This document shows, piece by piece, positions 1-15,886 of a DNA stretch of 64,000 nucleotides; position 1 is the first letter of the stretch; the number at the start of each line of letters is the position of its first letter. Made by a program: the position numbers and the translations under genes. The notes beneath the pieces are model-generated. The model did no database searches. It was not told where the DNA came from and saw only the letters and a list, made by a program, of their open reading frames with translations. This DNA is from Octopus sinensis (taxonomy: Eukaryota): the NCBI RefSeq assembly GCF_006345805.1, contig NC_043019.1, positions 23,249,360-23,313,359 on the forward strand, in the 5' to 3' direction.

Positions 1-450
1 AGAACAACCCTGTCCAGTGTGGGTTGATTCTTCTATACAATTTCACATTTGCCATATTAAGATAACATTCAGTAGTGGTAATTTCAAAACAGAAATTCCT
101 GTGTTGCTAACATTTCTCTTCAGAGCTTATACAAATGTAAATCTTTTTTTTTTTTATCCTTTGTCTAGTCAACAGAATCCAAGATCAATAAGCCCTTTAA
201 ACATTTGTAATAATCAATTAAACCTGTGATAGGGCATTGAGCTGGCAGGGTCATTGGCACAGTGGCAAAATGCTTACCAACATTTCTTCTGTCTTCACGT
301 TCTGCCGAGGTTGATTTTTGTCTTTCATCCTCTAGGGGTCAATCAAATAGGTACCAGTTGAACACTAGAATCAGTGTAATCAACCGACCCTATCTCCCAA
401 AATTGCTGGCCTTGCACCAAAATTTGAAACCATTATTATTATTATTATTA

Positions 451-489
<39 letters not shown>

Positions 490-590
490 CCTCATCTTTA
501 TTATTATTACTATTATTATTATTATTATTATCATCATCATCATCATCATCATCATTATCATTATTATTATTATTATCATCATCATCATCA

Positions 591-640
<50 letters not shown>

Positions 641-1489
641 TCTACCTTCAGTCAATTAGGCCTTAAAATCAGTCGCTACTAATCTGTCAAAAGTTGATTT
701 TTTAAATGTTTTCCTAGACCTGAACTCTTCTTCTTATAAACCTTACCATAAGCCCAACAAGAAACTTTCCTATATACATAAACAGTCTTGTCAACCTCCT
801 GTAGTATTTAAAAAAATCACCCACAGGGCTGTGTCAGCTCAGGGCTATCAAGGAAGAGACACTTGCACTCATGGGCTGTATAGTTGATTTTAATCTTGAA
901 CCACATAACTGCAAAACGCGCCACAAATATTTTTTTTGCTTTTATCTGTTCCTTTCTTCTGCTGATGCCATCACTGGTTTTATTATTCTCTTATGAATAT
1001 ATTACCTGAATTATTAAACCACAAACAATTGATTATTATGTAACACTTTCTCTGTGTTTAACAGTGCTGTTAATCTTTGTAATATGTCGATTTCTCTCTG
1101 GTGGATTCAGGTTTGGGGGATTGGTGACGTCTTTAGTCATTCTTATATCAATGGTTTCATATGTGTGTATGTGTGGGACTTGTGGCTGTGTATGCATGTG
1201 AGTGTGACTTGTGTGTGTGCGTTGTGTGTATGTGTTGTGTGTTTGAGTTGTGTGTTGTGCGTGGTTAATCAATACATGTGTCATACATGGTCTTACAAGT
1301 TTAACAAAGCCACCAGACACATAACAAAACGTTGCATCATGATTTTGAAGGATAACATCGCTCAGGTGTATATAATTACAATGGGTGCACAAAATCATGT
1401 TGCAAATAAATATTTTGGCTAATAGGTTAGTTCAAATATGTTGTACCGAGGATGAATTCATACCTAATTTACAAAGGAGAACATTCTCC

Positions 1490-1535
<46 letters not shown>

Positions 1536-1544
1536 AGTGTGTGT

Positions 1545-1575
<31 letters not shown>

Positions 1576-1899
1576 AGTGTGTGTGTGTGATTGTGTGTGT
1601 GTGTGTGTGTGTAAATATATGTATACATATTAATTGATATATGACCAAGACCTTTGGCAATATGAGAAGACCAATCAGACCAAGTGAAATCATGGTCTTG
1701 ACAGATACTGGTGTCACAAAAATATGGCTGTATGTATATTTTTATTAATATTTTGCAGCAATAGAGTGACTGAAGAACTGAGAATTTCATGCGTTGGCAC
1801 TTATGAAGGGGCCAACACATGAAACTCTTGGTCCTTGAGTCACTTTTGAGTTTCTTCTGCTAAATATCAATATGTATGTATACATATCTATCTTTGTAG

Positions 1900-1931
<32 letters not shown>

Positions 1932-2342
1932 ATATCTATTAGTGGAGGCGCAATGGCCCAGTGGTTAGGGCAGCGAACTCACGGTCGTAGGATCGCGGTT
2001 TCGATTCCCAGACCGGGCGTTGTGAGTGTTTATTGAGCGAAAACACCTAAAGCTCCACAAGGCTCCGGCAGGGATGGTGGTGATCCCTGCTGTAAAGGGC
2101 AGAAAAAAAAAAATGAAGGCGGTGAGCTGGCAGAAACGTTAGCATGCCGGGCGAAATGCATTGCCGTACTTCGTCTGCCGTTACGTTCCGAGTTCAAATT
2201 CCGCCGAGGTTGACTTTGCCTTTCATCCTTCTGGGGTCGATAAATTAAGTACCAGTTACGCACTGGGGTCGATGTAATCGACTTAATCCGTTTGTCTCCT
2301 CTGTGTTTAGCCCCTTGTGGGTAGTAAAGAAATATATATATA

Positions 2343-2379
<37 letters not shown>

Positions 2380-4195
2380 TTGTTTTAGTTTCAGCTCAGA
2401 GTTGTGGCCATGCTGATGCACCGCCGTTTTGCTACACTGTTATTACTAAGAGCCTCCTCTAATATGTGGCACTTGGTGAAGAATGGAGTTTGATATAGCT
2501 ACCCTCATTTGCACCTCTTGCCATGAGGTAGGTTCATCTGGGACTCTCGACAGGAAGAGGTGCAGCTTCGATTTAAAAGCCACTACATCTACTTTGTGCA
2601 AGTTCCTCAGACTCTTTGGGAGAATATTAAAAAGCTGTGAGCCCTTGAAACCCAGGCTGTTGTAGTAACTGGTCCTGAAGCGTGATAGCATTGCTGGGAT
2701 CTTTGGCACTATGCAGTGTCGTCCTGTTCTGGCATTGGTGTAGCTTTCAATGCCAAAATTTGGCACAATTCTTTCCAGGATCTTCCAGATATATATTACT
2801 GCATACCTCTCCCGTCTTCTCTCCAGGGAGTAGAGTCTTAGCTATTTCAACCTTTCCCAGTAGCTGAGCTGTTGAAAAGAGACAATCTTCTTTGTGAATC
2901 TTCTCTGGATTGCTTCAAGTTCCGCTGTTAATTCCACACTGGTAGGTGACCATATCTGTGAGTAGTAATCCAGGTGGCTGAGGACAAATGTCTGCCAGAG
3001 GACCATCATGGTTTCCTTATCTCTGGTTCTGAATGTTCTTAGGATCCATCCATCCAGTCGTCTGCACTTTGTCGCCATCCTGGTAATGTGCACTTGGAAA
3101 GAAGTATCGTCACTTATGTCAATACCCAGGTCCCTCACTAACTTAGGCTCTGGGATTCAAATTCCCTGTGGACCGGTGTACCCTGTAAGTGTAAGTTTCA
3201 TATTCACTTTTGGATGCTGGTAGTGCAGGGCCTGGAATTTTTCAGCATTAAACTGCATATTATTATCCTCAGCCCATCTGTAAATTAAGTCCAACTCCTG
3301 CTGCAGGTGTGCAACATCGCTGCGGTTCTGTATTTTCTGTGAGACTTTCATATCATCTGCATAGCTTGCCAGAGTGGCTTTCCAATCTTTCAGGAAGTCA
3401 TGTAACCCCTCTCCAAGTTTTCCAGCTATGCCAAGGTCATACAGTTTGTGGCATATCATGCCATGATCCACCTTGTCAAAAGCTTTTGCAAAATCAAGGT
3501 ATATTACGTCCACATTTGACTTGTTGAGTAACCTCCTCAACACCTAGTCATAATGTTGTAAGAGCTGGGTCAGGCAGCTCCTACCTGGTCGAAAACCATG
3601 CTGGGTATCACTCAGCAAGTTATTTTTTTCAAGGAACGTGATTAGTTTCCCTCTGACTATCCCTTCCATGACTTTACTGATGTGTGAAGTCAGAGAGATA
3701 GGTCTATAGTTTTTGGCATCTGCTCTACTTTCCCCTTTATGTATTTGGCATATTATTCCCTCCTTCAGCTTGCTTGGCAGTTTGCCACTTGTAAGAAAGC
3801 TCTGGAAGAGAATCTTGAGGGATTTTGCAAGGACATGCTTACACGATTTGAGGAGGATTGTTGGGAAACCATCAGGACCAGCAGTTGAGCTTGTGTCAAC
3901 TTCATTGATGGCTAGTAGTATATCTTCTTCACTAATGGCAATGTATTCCATTGTAACTGCGTTGCTGGTTATAGGTGAGGCGGCAAAGAAGTCCACTGGT
4001 TCGTTCACTTGTCTGTGTTCCAATGGGGTGGTAAAGATACTTTTGAACTGGTCATTCAGTATCTCACTGATCTTAGTTGAACTGTCTGTGAGGGAGCCAT
4101 CTTTTTGGAGGAGGGGTCCTAGCTTGTAGTGTACTGAAGCTGTTTCTTTCGCGTAATGAAAGAAGGCCTTTGGGTTTGACTTAATGTTTTTTACA
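2380..4195 (-). mobile_element. 5'-truncated, decayed CR1/jockey-group LINE (reverse transcriptase and C-terminal region)
   Basis: ORF fragments with GPDG, NYRPISLTS, QHGFRPGRSC, YLDFAKAFDKVDH, YADD and LDY..IWSP motifs, broken by stops, frameshifts and a deletion. Confidence 0.92.
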
Positions 4196-4294
4196 ACATA
4201 ATACAACAATGACAGCAACTACATACTGGAGTGTAATATTGGAATAAGTGGGTATTCTTCAAAAGGACACAGCTTGAATATTTTTCTTACCTAC

Positions 4295-4354
<60 letters not shown>

Positions 4355-5680
4355 GGTGTTAGGAAGGGCATCCAGCTGTAGAAACTCTGCCAGATCAGAT
4401 CATACAAAAGTGCTATGAACAAAGATCGAGTGATCCAAGAATATTATGCCAGACTTAGCAAAATATAGTAGTCATGACTCTACTCTCACAAGACAATATC
4501 CCACCATGTATGGCACCTGTGCCGGTGGCACGTGTAGAAAGATTCAAGCGAGGTCATTGCCAGTACCTCCTGACTGGCACCCATGCCGGTGACGTGTAAA
4601 AAGCACCCACTACACTCTCGGAGTGGTTGGCGTTAGGAAGGGCATCCAGCTGTAGAAACTCTGCCAGATCAAGATTGGAGCCTGGTGCAGCCATCTGGTT
4701 CGCCAGTCCTCAGTCAAATCATCCAACCCATGCCAGCATGGAAAGCAGACGTTAAACGATGATGATGATGAATGCTGATACCAACAATTGGGATACTTGA
4801 GTGGTCTGTAGAGGAAACCTACTCCAGAGATGTTAAAACCTGCAAGATCCTGACATCGCCAACCTTCAGTCAAATCATCCAACCCATGCTAGCATGGAAA
4901 GCGGATGTTAAACGATGATGATGATGATGATGATGATGATGATATATATGACAGGCAAAGTGAACCTTGATACTATTTGATCTCAGAACTAATGAACCAG
5001 AAGAAATGCTGCTAAGAATTTTATCCGACACACTAACAACTTTGTTGGCTCATTGTCTTCATAACACAAATTAATTCAGGACCACTTCCCAACGAAGGCT
5101 GCTCCATTGATTGCTAATGACTTAATTGCCAATATACTCTCTTTTAATATGTATGATGAGCTTCTTTCAGTTTCTGTCTATCAAATCCACTCACAAGGCT
5201 TTAAGTTGGCCAGAGTCTGCAGTAGAAGAGACTTGCTCAAGGTACCATACAGTGAAATTGAACCCGGAACTATGTGATTGAGAAGCAAACTTCTTACTAC
5301 ACAACCAAGCCTACACTTATTTTGTTTGTCTTGTTTCGTTTTTCACTATTTTTTTTTTAATATGGCTGAAAAGGTCGTTCTGGAAGGTTTTCAATTTCCA
5401 GTCTCAAGTCCAAATGGAAATTTAATTCCTTGCAACAGTTTTAGCATGTCTCAGTTGAAATTCACATGGCATTTCGGCAATAATTTATTACAAAATCATT
5501 GATATTTATTGGTTTAAACACCTTTTTTGGTGCACCCTTGTTCCGTGTTTCTAAAGGTTAACAGCTATTTGGGAGGACAGCTGGGTTAACGTTGTGTTTC
5601 TTTGGTTCAGGAAATGGACAAGAACAAGTAAATTATCCAGTCTATCAATTATTTACTACTACTACTACTACTACTACTAC

Positions 5681-5729
<49 letters not shown>

Positions 5730-6009
5730 TTTATCATTATCAATGTTGTTGTTACTGTTATTATTCATAGTTTTTACTTTGATGCAATCAACTTGCCCTT
5801 CTTTTCTTGCACATAACTATATATATATGTATATATATATAATGTATACATACATACACACACACACACACACATATATGTATGCATGTATGTATCTATA
5901 TATGTATGTATTATGTGTATACATGTATGTATGTATGTATATATATATATATATTATATATATGTATGTATATATGTATATATATATATATATGTGTGTG
6001 TATATTATA

Positions 6010-6045
<36 letters not shown>

Positions 6046-6240
6046 TGTATGTGTATGTTGATTTCAAATTTTGGCACAAGTCCAGCAATTTAGGGGAAGG
6101 AGGTAAGTGTCAATTACATTGATCCCAATGTTAAAATGGTACTTGATTTATTGACCCCAAAAGGATGTAAGGCAAAGTCAACCTCAGTGGAATTTGAACT
6201 CAGAACATGGTGACAGATTCAGTCAGCCTTCTACCTTCAC

Positions 6241-6270
<30 letters not shown>

Positions 6271-6272
<2 letters not shown>

Positions 6273-6466
6273 CCATGATAGATCGTTAGCTCCTATTTGC
6301 ATTTTTTCTCTCCTTGTTTTTTTCCCATGTATCTTTCCGTCGAAGAGCGTAGGCTCGAAACGTAAAAAATTTTTTCTGTTTCTATTCCTGAGCACTATAC
6401 TAATACATTTGTTTGTTTGTACTCCACCTGCCTTCATCTTTTGTTTATTTTCGTAAACTTTCCCAT

Positions 6467-6468
<2 letters not shown>
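6271..6468 (+). mobile_element. Short repeat in (TA)n with a degenerate hammerhead-like motif (6333-6368); same family at 40205-40383
   Basis: CUUU-CCGUCGA-A-GAGC(guag)GCUC-GAAACGUA. The second copy reads CUUU-CUGUAGA-A-GAGC(guag)GCUC-GAAAUGUA-AAAG (40257-40292). Confidence 0.55.
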
Positions 6469-6497
<29 letters not shown>

Positions 6498-6504
6498 TAT
6501 ATAT

Positions 6505-6563
<59 letters not shown>

Positions 6564-6566
6564 TAC

Positions 6567-6601
<35 letters not shown>

Positions 6602-6975
6602 TTTCTGTGTGTGTGTATGTATGTGCTTGTGTGAAGGTGCATGGCTTCTGCTCATGAGCATAGGATCAGGTCGTTGATCTCCAGTGGCACATTATATCCT
6701 TGAGCGAGAAACTTCATTTCACATTGCTCCAGTCCACTCAACTTGCAAAATGAGTTGTACCTGTAACTCAAAGGTCTGGCCGCGTCGCATTCTGTGTCAG
6801 ACTGAATCTCTTCGAGAACCAGGTTAAGGGTATATGCGTCTGTGGAGTACTCAGCCGCTTGCAAGTTAATTTCATGAGCAAGCTCTCCTGTTGATCAGAT
6901 AAAGTGAAACACACAGCATTGTAACTGATGGTGTACCAGTTATACACACGCACATACACACATATCTACATTAAT

Positions 6976-7026
<51 letters not shown>

Positions 7027-7105
7027 AATACAGACACACAAAATACATATGTGAGTACTTATATACATACATATATACACCAACTTATAAATATTTGCAT
7101 TGAGT

Positions 7106-7136
<31 letters not shown>

Positions 7137-7138
7137 CA

Positions 7139-7530
7139 TGTGTATAGATATTCATGTACGTATGTATATAAATATATATATATACATACATACACACATA
7201 TATATATATACTATATATATACATATATATCATCATCATCACCATCATCGTCTAACATCCACCTTCTATGCATATATATATATACATATGCTTATTATAT
7301 ATGTGTAGGTGTGTGCATGTGTGTGTGTGTGTGTGTGTGGTGTGTGTATAGATATTCATGTACGTATGTATATAAATATATATATATACATACATACACA
7401 CATATATATGTATATATACTATATATATATACATATATATCATCATCATCACCATCATCGTCTAACATCCACCTTCTATGCATATATATATATACATATG
7501 CTTATTATATATGTGTAGGTGTGTGCATGT
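7139..7530. repeat. ~210-bp tandem duplication of microsatellite-rich sequence
   Basis: gatattcatgtacg...catcgtctaacatccaccttctatgc...gtaggtgtgtgcatg occurs twice. Confidence 0.85.
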
Positions 7531-7819
7531 ATTTGTGTGTGGGTGGGTGGGTGTGGGGGTGGGTGTGTGTGTGTGTGTGTGTAATTTTTGTTTTGTATAA
7601 CAGTGTAAAAATTAACATTATTCATAGAATTTTCTTGCTGTTGTTGATTTGACTGTTTTTATTGAAATAATAGACTGATGGGTGGAGTTGTCACTTTAAA
7701 TGCTTTATGGGAGAACTTCTTCCACCCTAACACCCCCAACGTACAAACAAAATACATTAACATTCTCTTCAGAATCAGGAGAATGAAATGGTGTCCACAT
7801 ATGCTGTACACACACGAAC

Positions 7820-8490
<671 letters not shown>

Positions 8491-10069
8491 TATGTATATT
8501 TTACTTTTCCATTCAGGTAAGGTTAACAAGAAAAGTAGTCCATCTGGTGAAAGATAAATAACACTTAATTTACACAGTATGTAGTGAATGAGCTGCATTA
8601 AGTTTCATACATTAGAGACACCACCAAGTTAGGTTTTTATAACATGCTCAGTAACTCATAACTACATAATGTGTGCATTAAATGATGTATGTATATTAGG
8701 GATACAACTTTCTTGCAACTCCGTAGTCTTGTATCATATTCTGATGAGCTTTTACTAGAAAACAATGAAAACCAATGTCTTTTTTTGTATTTGATCAAAA
8801 AGGTTCACCCATGACTAACTTAGAAATATTTATACTCAGTTACATTTGGGTGGGTTTCCATAAGTAAAACCCTGGTTGAATAATAAACAAAAAAGTATGA
8901 AAAATGACTAATATTTCCGTCAAACTTTGCTTTTGTTACGATACGTGCCTTGTAGGCCTCACACAATTTAGTAGATGTTGGCAATGAGTATTTTTTGCTC
9001 TTGTCTTGATAAATTCGCCACAGACATAGCAAAAAGTCGGATGTAGAGGGTTTGTAGGACACAGCGTGAGACGACTGTTGTTATCGTTAGGCCTAACTCA
9101 TCGTAAAGTCAATACCACCATGACTGATATCCAATCTACAGTGGAGAAGGCTAGCCACTGGATTTGGTTAAAAAGAGACGATGAGCGATGGCTAGAAGTA
9201 TATTGAGTTCTTCATAACCAGCTGATCTAGCAAGCGGGGCCTCATATCAGTGAGGGGGGGCCGGTGCGCATTGATGCCGTCGAGAGGTAGGCCCCGAAAC
9301 GGCGCGCATTCTCTCCTGATGACCCCATACACTTGCTAGCTTCCGATATATGGAGCTTTTAACTGGTAGCACTTGCATGTGCAAGTTGTTTGCAAGACAT
9401 CTACTTACAACCACTTAATGTCATCTGTGACGAATGCAGCTATCAACGATGACTTGTCTCCATTTGGACAACTAAACTGAACTGTTGAGCTTATAATCCC
9501 CCCCCCCTTACAATTGCCATCTATGTTGCCAGAACATTCTAGAAATTCTTGAAACTTTTAGAAACTTCTCAAAACTTCTCAAAACTTCTTGAAACATCTA
9601 GAACATTCAAGAAACAAAGGTATCGATGAATAGAAGAGAGGGAAGGGAACATCGCCTTTCAAATAGGCAATGGTAAGCTTGCCAAAGTTTAATGCAACTT
9701 AAATATGGGGATTAAGATTGTTTGGGATTGGATAGTCCTCACGTAGAGCGTCCCAAGTCAATTTAATCACCATCGCAGTTGGACAGTCGAAATATATAAA
9801 TAGAGAAAATCCTTTCACATTTATAATATTCTCTAACCAAGTAATAATATACTATTACAACATATAGATGAATATTAAATCAATAAAATGTGAAAACCAC
9901 GAAAAGATATTCTCTAATGCTAATCTACGACCATATAGATTTAAAAAGTATGGAAACCCTACATGCAAAAACTATGTACATACAACGGATTAGAGAAAAC
10001 CCCGTGTAAACCACCGTTTTTCCTGGTTTGTTCATTTCTGTGGGAGCTCTGGGCAAAATGTTATAGTGC

Positions 10070-10260
10070 CTGACCATCCTTGGGACATAAGTAATGTATG
10101 TGTAAAGTTTGGTGAAAATCGGTTGAGAATTGTGGAAACTTATGCTTTAGTCAATATACACACACATACTGTGAATTATATATACTAGACTAGCAATATA
10201 CACACACATACTAGCAAATTATATATACTAGACTAGCAAATGCGCCTGTCCTTTCGATGG
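10070..10260 (+). mobile_element. Possible non-autonomous Helitron-type terminus
   Basis: aagtttggtgaaaatcggttgag segment followed by duplicated tatatatACTAGACTAG (CTAG ends), close to the Helitron fragment. Confidence 0.35.
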
Positions 10261-11699
10261 TTTAAGTAGCTTTGGTGGTATTTTTTTCACCAAATAATTG
10301 AACTACCAAGAAGGTTTATGAGTAGCACAGCAATCTATGTTTCCGATTAACCTAGGAACAGAAAACCTGGTTATTCTGGAATTCGTTGCACTTTAAGGAT
10401 CATAGAATATATCAGTTTGCAAGCAATGCAAAGTAGAGCTACTGAAGTGTTTTTGGAGTAGATTACGGATAATGACTGTAAAATATAGTTGTTTTACATG
10501 AAAGCGAAATTTCTTGTCAGAATCAGCCAAATAAATGACGTAAGGAAATAGAAGGAAGACATTGAAACTTCCCCTCTGCGTATTTATTTTATTCAACAGC
10601 AAAGGGAACTATTTTTTCGGAGAGAAGTACGATTGGTACTTTCAAGAATGGCAATATAATACCTACTTGAAAAAGTAAAGTTAAAGAAATGTATTTGCTA
10701 CATGCTTACAGCGTACGATCACTCTGAAACTGATTTCAGGTAACGAAAAATGAAGACATAAAGAGTTTGACTTCAGTTCACGAATACTCTTTTGAATCTT
10801 TAGCAGTTTGCAGAAAAAAAATGTCACGTTGAAAGGCAGGCAGTTTATAGTGCATCTTTTGGGTGGGGACAACTAAAATATAATGTACTCTTAATTCATT
10901 TGCAACGAATAACTATGACACAGGGAGCTCAAAATGTCTTCAACAAAAGATTTATTGTAACACAGTGAAAATGTACACATACAAATAGAAGCTCAATTCA
11001 AACGTGTGCATACAAGTGGAAACTCAATTTAAACAAAAGTTCATAATAAGAGCAATTGAATGCTGGTTGCAATTCACTTAAGAATTTGTTGCCAGATTTC
11101 AAGTCAACATAAAAAATTGACACTAGATTACGTCAAAGGAAAGTACTTAATGACCTGTGTGTAATGTGAAAACAAGAGAGAGTTTCAAGTCCCAAAGAAA
11201 TTGGATTAACCAGTTTCAGCTACCATGCTGAACCTGTAAATGTATATCAGTCAAAAGAGAAGTGCTCTGCGTGAGTCAACATGTATATCTCTATAGAAAA
11301 AAACGTTACTGTTTGAACATGGAGACGATATCACGTTGAAAAGCAGACTGATAACTGTGAAGTTGTAATGATGCTAAAAGTGAGCAGGATACACGTATAT
11401 ACATACTCGAAATAACTAGCATGAGTTTTATTGTGAGTAAAGAGTTTACTTAGGGTTGTTCCCCTCTAAATAATGACAGTCACTAATGAGCTATCATGGA
11501 GGATTGAAAATGATCTTGTCCGCCGGTAACACACAAAGAAAATTGGAGACTGACTGCATTGTATTCGAGTTTTTAGCCATTCAGACCAAAGTCAGAATGT
11601 TGCCCACTGCACACCACGTGGATGTAAACTCTTGCAGGCCATCCCATGCTGTCCCACGTCGGTGTGTCGAAACAGCTGCTAAAGAGTTGATATGAAAAA

Positions 11700-12770
11700 G
11701 CATGTTGATATATTGGTGAAGGCGGTGACTAGGTAGTCGACAGTGTGGCTTCATCGGGACGGCAGAGCAGAACTGCAATTTCATCATTTTGGGGTTGATT
11801 AAGCATCCTTGGTGCTCTCTGATAGGCGTTCGGTTACTCCTTATCATAACTTTGAAATTGGGCTCATCTGTATGTCGGCGTTGTATAGCAGTTTTGAAGT
11901 CCTTCACATATCGGTTGGTGGTGTGGAGTATTTTCTGAAGTTAATTCAAAAGCGGTATTTTAATTCCAGGTGCCATCTGGGCTCAGCGAGCCGTTTGCTC
12001 AGTCGTGTCTCCCATGAAGTAAATTTGAAGGAATCAGTGTTCAGCGTTGTTGACAGGAAGAATACAGCCTATCCGATGATAGGTTTGGCCCTGAATTTTT
12101 AACGTTGGCATATAGGAGTCTTCACGAATGGGTTTGTGCCCAAAACTTGTCATCTGGAAGGCTGATTTATAAGCACAAATTTTCTGTATAAATTGTTGAA
12201 AATCAAGATGTTGACCAAGGAGTAAAGAGAGCAAAGGCTGAGGAGTTTTTGCAGATCAGGCAAATGAACCTTTCCATTTGGGCAGCATAGGCCACTGGAT
12301 TCTCCAATCCACTTGAGGGCCTTGCAAAATGGACATATTATAGACATATCTCTCATAACAGTTTCTCGATGTGTGGTGTAATCCTTGGTAGGATTGTAGT
12401 TGAGCGCCTTTGATGCCCATCAACTGCTCAATGGCTACCAATAACCATGGGCAAGAGCCTTCCAGTGAACATTAGACTGAAGTCTCATCATCCAATGGTT
12501 ATCATCATCTGCCAACCTCACAACAGAAGTGGATGTAGCATAGCATGCTCAACGGATGGCACTCTTTTGTAGGGTTTCTGTAGCCCTTGTGTCAGCAGCA
12601 CACACTCGATAGGTTTCGTGCTGCTCTGCAGTAGTTGCAGCTCTAGCAGCAGCAGTTTTCTCCAACAGTCTACAGGACTTCTTGTCCTCAGTTTCCTTAG
12701 CCTGCCAGTACTGCTGCCTTACCGCTGCAGAAGACTTTCTGCCAATGCGTGCCCTCTATTTAGGTGGCAT
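11700..12770 (-). mobile_element. Decayed Helitron Rep/helicase N-terminal fragment
   Basis: CPFCKALKWIGESSGLCCPNGKV zinc-finger-like motif and Y.SAFQMTSFG...KIQGQTYHRIG motif typical of Helitron proteins. Frameshifted. Confidence 0.85.
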
Positions 12771-14445
12771 GCCATTATTATCTGGAAAAGAAAAATGGGT
12801 TTTAGTGTACCAAGTGATTATTGATTCTATTATAAGGTAACAAAAGCCCCTTTATTCTGTCTTCCCACATAGCATGTATATAAAGTAACAGTGAATGCTA
12901 CATCATCATCATCATCATCATCATCGTTTAACGTCCGTTCTCCATGCTAGCATGGGTTGGACGGTTCGACCGGGGATCTGGGAAGCCAGAAGGCTGCACC
13001 AGGCTCCAGTCTTATCTGGCAATGTTTCTACAGCTGGATGCCCTTCCTAACGCCAACCACTCCATGAGTGTAGTCGGTGCTTTTTACGTGCCACCCGCAC
13101 AGGTGCCAGGCGAGGCTGGCAACAGCCACGGTCGGATTGGTGCATTTTACGTGCCACCGGCACGGAAGCCAGTTGAGGCGGCACTGGCTTCGGCCATGAT
13201 TCGGATGGTGCTTTTTATGTGCCACCGGCACGGAAGCAAGTCGAGGCTACATAAGTGAAATTGGTATGGTGCTTTCTGAAAGATACGTATAGCTTTTGCT
13301 AGTGGTAGCAAAACTCTTATTTAAAGGTTGATTCTTTAAGACAAATCATATGTGATTGTTTAAAAAAAGCTAGAAATACAATGCTAAAACATATTTGAAA
13401 CAATGGGCAACAGTCAAAATACCATAATGGATGGGAAAATAAGCATCCTTAAAGTGAAACAACACATTGGTAGGCAAACAAAGGTATTAATAAATAGAGG
13501 AGAGGAAAGGGAACATCACCTTTCAAGTAACTCAGAATAGGTAAAGGTAAGCTTACCAAAGTTTAATGCAACTTAAATATGGAGATTAAGACTAAGATTA
13601 AGATCTGTTCAATCTGTGAGCCAAACCGAACGGATCCTAGCTTTTTTCTAAATGTGGCCCTTTAGATCAATCCTAGATTTTATTTCCTGTACTTCTTTTT
13701 ACCTTATCTTATTTTATCCTACTTTATTTATTCAATTACTATAAACTTTTAAGGCAGCGACTTAGCAGAAACGCTAGCACACTGGGCGAAATGCTTAGCG
13801 GTATTACCAGTTACGCACTGGGGTCGATGTAATCGTCTTAATACCTATGTCTGTCCTTGTTTCTCCCCTCTATGTTTAGCCCCTTGTGGGTAATAAAGAA
13901 ATAGGTATTTCATCAGTCTTTACATTCTGAGGTTCAAATTCTGCTGAGGTCGACTTTGCCTTTCATTCTTTCGGGGTTGATAAATTAAGTACCAGATGTG
14001 TACTGGGGTCGATTTAATTGACTGGCCCCCTCCCCAAAAATTTCGAGCCTTGTGCCTAGAGTAGAAAAGAATTACTCTTTATTTGTATATTTATCCATAG
14101 ACTTTTAGTTCAGTGTTTCCATTTATAATTTATGTAACCGTAAATATAATGAAAATATCTTAACTCGTATAATCATTAATGCAGTAGCCTAACTTAGCCA
14201 GAATCAGTATAAATGCATGAATATTGTCCCTTAATATACTTGTTGTGCAAAGTTAAGTTGTAAGTATTGATATAATCAGATATGATTATAATCCATTATG
14301 GTTAATTAAATAATCGTTAATCTTCTACAATTATATCACTACTTGGAAATTAGAGCTTTGTGCTATATTGCACATGTGGACATGTATATATGTGTGATAT
14401 GTGTATGTGTGTGTGTGTGTGTGTGTGCGTGTGTGTGTGCGTGTG

Positions 14446-14492
<47 letters not shown>

Positions 14493-15359
14493 ATGAATAT
14501 AGGTATCTATAACTGTATATGATTGTGCTTGCTAATACATATGAGTGTACAAATGTGTGCACTAATTTGCTTGTGATTATTCAATATAATGCAAACGTGT
14601 TTATGCTAATACCATATCACACATACAACATAGCACAAAATACATATCGATGTTCTGCCATCCCTCAAAACCAGCAGTGTACAACATTTCAACAGCTTAA
14701 GTCCACCTTCCTGTCTCTGAACTGTCATTTGATCAGCACATGTGTTTATTATTATTGGCATTATGACCGTCCCAAAGAACAACAAGATTTGTTTCAACGC
14801 AAAAATTCACATCAAGAATCTTGCAAACCAAATACAAAAATGAAATAAAACTTTATTTTGTGCTCCTTTTATGTTTCTGTCTCCCAACCTATCTACTTGC
14901 TTAAAAGCCGCACTTCATGTGGACTTTTAAGCTAGCTCCTGTGAAGGGCTAATTGGACCTGCAACCCAAAGCTAAAAAGAACAATAGTAATAATAATAAA
15001 GCATTTATTGGTACCTTACCAATATGGTTTTATCCTACTAATATGGTATTACTTTAAATTTAGTTTAAATGAAAAAACTTATAAGTTCACAAATTTTTGG
15101 AGTTCTTTCAAAATTTGTATTTTCAACTGTTAGCATATAACAGATCCTCATCCCGACCTGATCCCAAGAACCAAACGAAGGGCAAATTTTCAATCCCAGG
15201 ATCATCCTGATTCCAAAAAGGTATGATATGTCTATGTAGAGCAAATGTAGATTGTGATACAGGGGTCCCAGACAGACAGACAGAATTTCATGTTTATTAT
15301 TATAGATTTATTTATTTGTCAAATTCTTTGGCTGAAAATTATTATCACAGAGGATACTC

Positions 15360-15886
15360 ATATCAGTCATGAAACAGACAATACTATTTTGGTCTTTTAC
15401 GACAATATCCAGTTTGTTAGCTTTGATGGTTCTGTCTGTATGTACTGGAAAGTCCCAGTGACTTCTCCCTCAAGGCAATGCTTATACCACTTGTCAGCTG
15501 TTTTGACTTTATAATGCCAACATATTGGCCAACTCTGTCATGTCTTGATTTATACTCTACTGGAGCTAAAACTTTACATCCAGAGATTAAGTGGTCTACT
15601 GTTTTAATCTCATGCAGGATTGACACTTTGGATCAACTCCATTTTTTATCACACTTGCTTGATAGTTCCAGGTCAACAAGCTTTGATCTTTCACTCTCTA
15701 CCTTTAGCTCTGAGCTTCAAAGCTATTGATGTGTAGGCTTCTGGTTAACATCAGCTTGTTCGCTACAAGCCATATATTTGCCATGCAGAGATTTCTGCTC
15801 TCACCTTCCAACCAAATGTTCCTGCGCTTTTATCTTTGCCATTAATTTTACTTTCTGTGCAACAAGTTACCACACTTTCCCCAGGC
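15360..15886 (-). mobile_element. Decayed R4/Dong-like non-LTR retrotransposon fragment (zinc-knuckle region)
   Basis: TVDHLISGCKVLAPVEYKSRHDRV matches the H..SGC..LA...Y..RHD pattern of RLE-clade elements. Confidence 0.75.

Noticed and set aside
1944-2020. tRNA-like sequences at SINE heads
   Set aside because: They lack a full cloverleaf and continue into SINE bodies; not tRNA genes.
8500-8522. ttttacttttccattcAG|GTAAGG, a recursive-splice-site-like motif on the + strand
   Set aside because: No + strand host gene can be shown in the window, and a single motif is compatible with chance.
9220-9330. GC-rich island with GGGGCCT/AGGCCCC-GAAAC, GCCGTC-GAGAG and CTCTC-CTGATGA resembling hammerhead parts
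   Set aside because: The parts are in an order that does not give a standard type I, II or III topology, and no stem II follows CUGAUGA; not called.
12944-13258. Recurring [11 protein letters not shown]...LDALPNANHS ORFs suggesting a gene family
   Set aside because: They come from the antisense strand of dispersed SINE family C; frames break differently in each copy.
14899-14931. Short hairpin cttaaaag...cttttaag considered as a snoRNA or terminator
   Set aside because: Too short, with no convincing box motifs.
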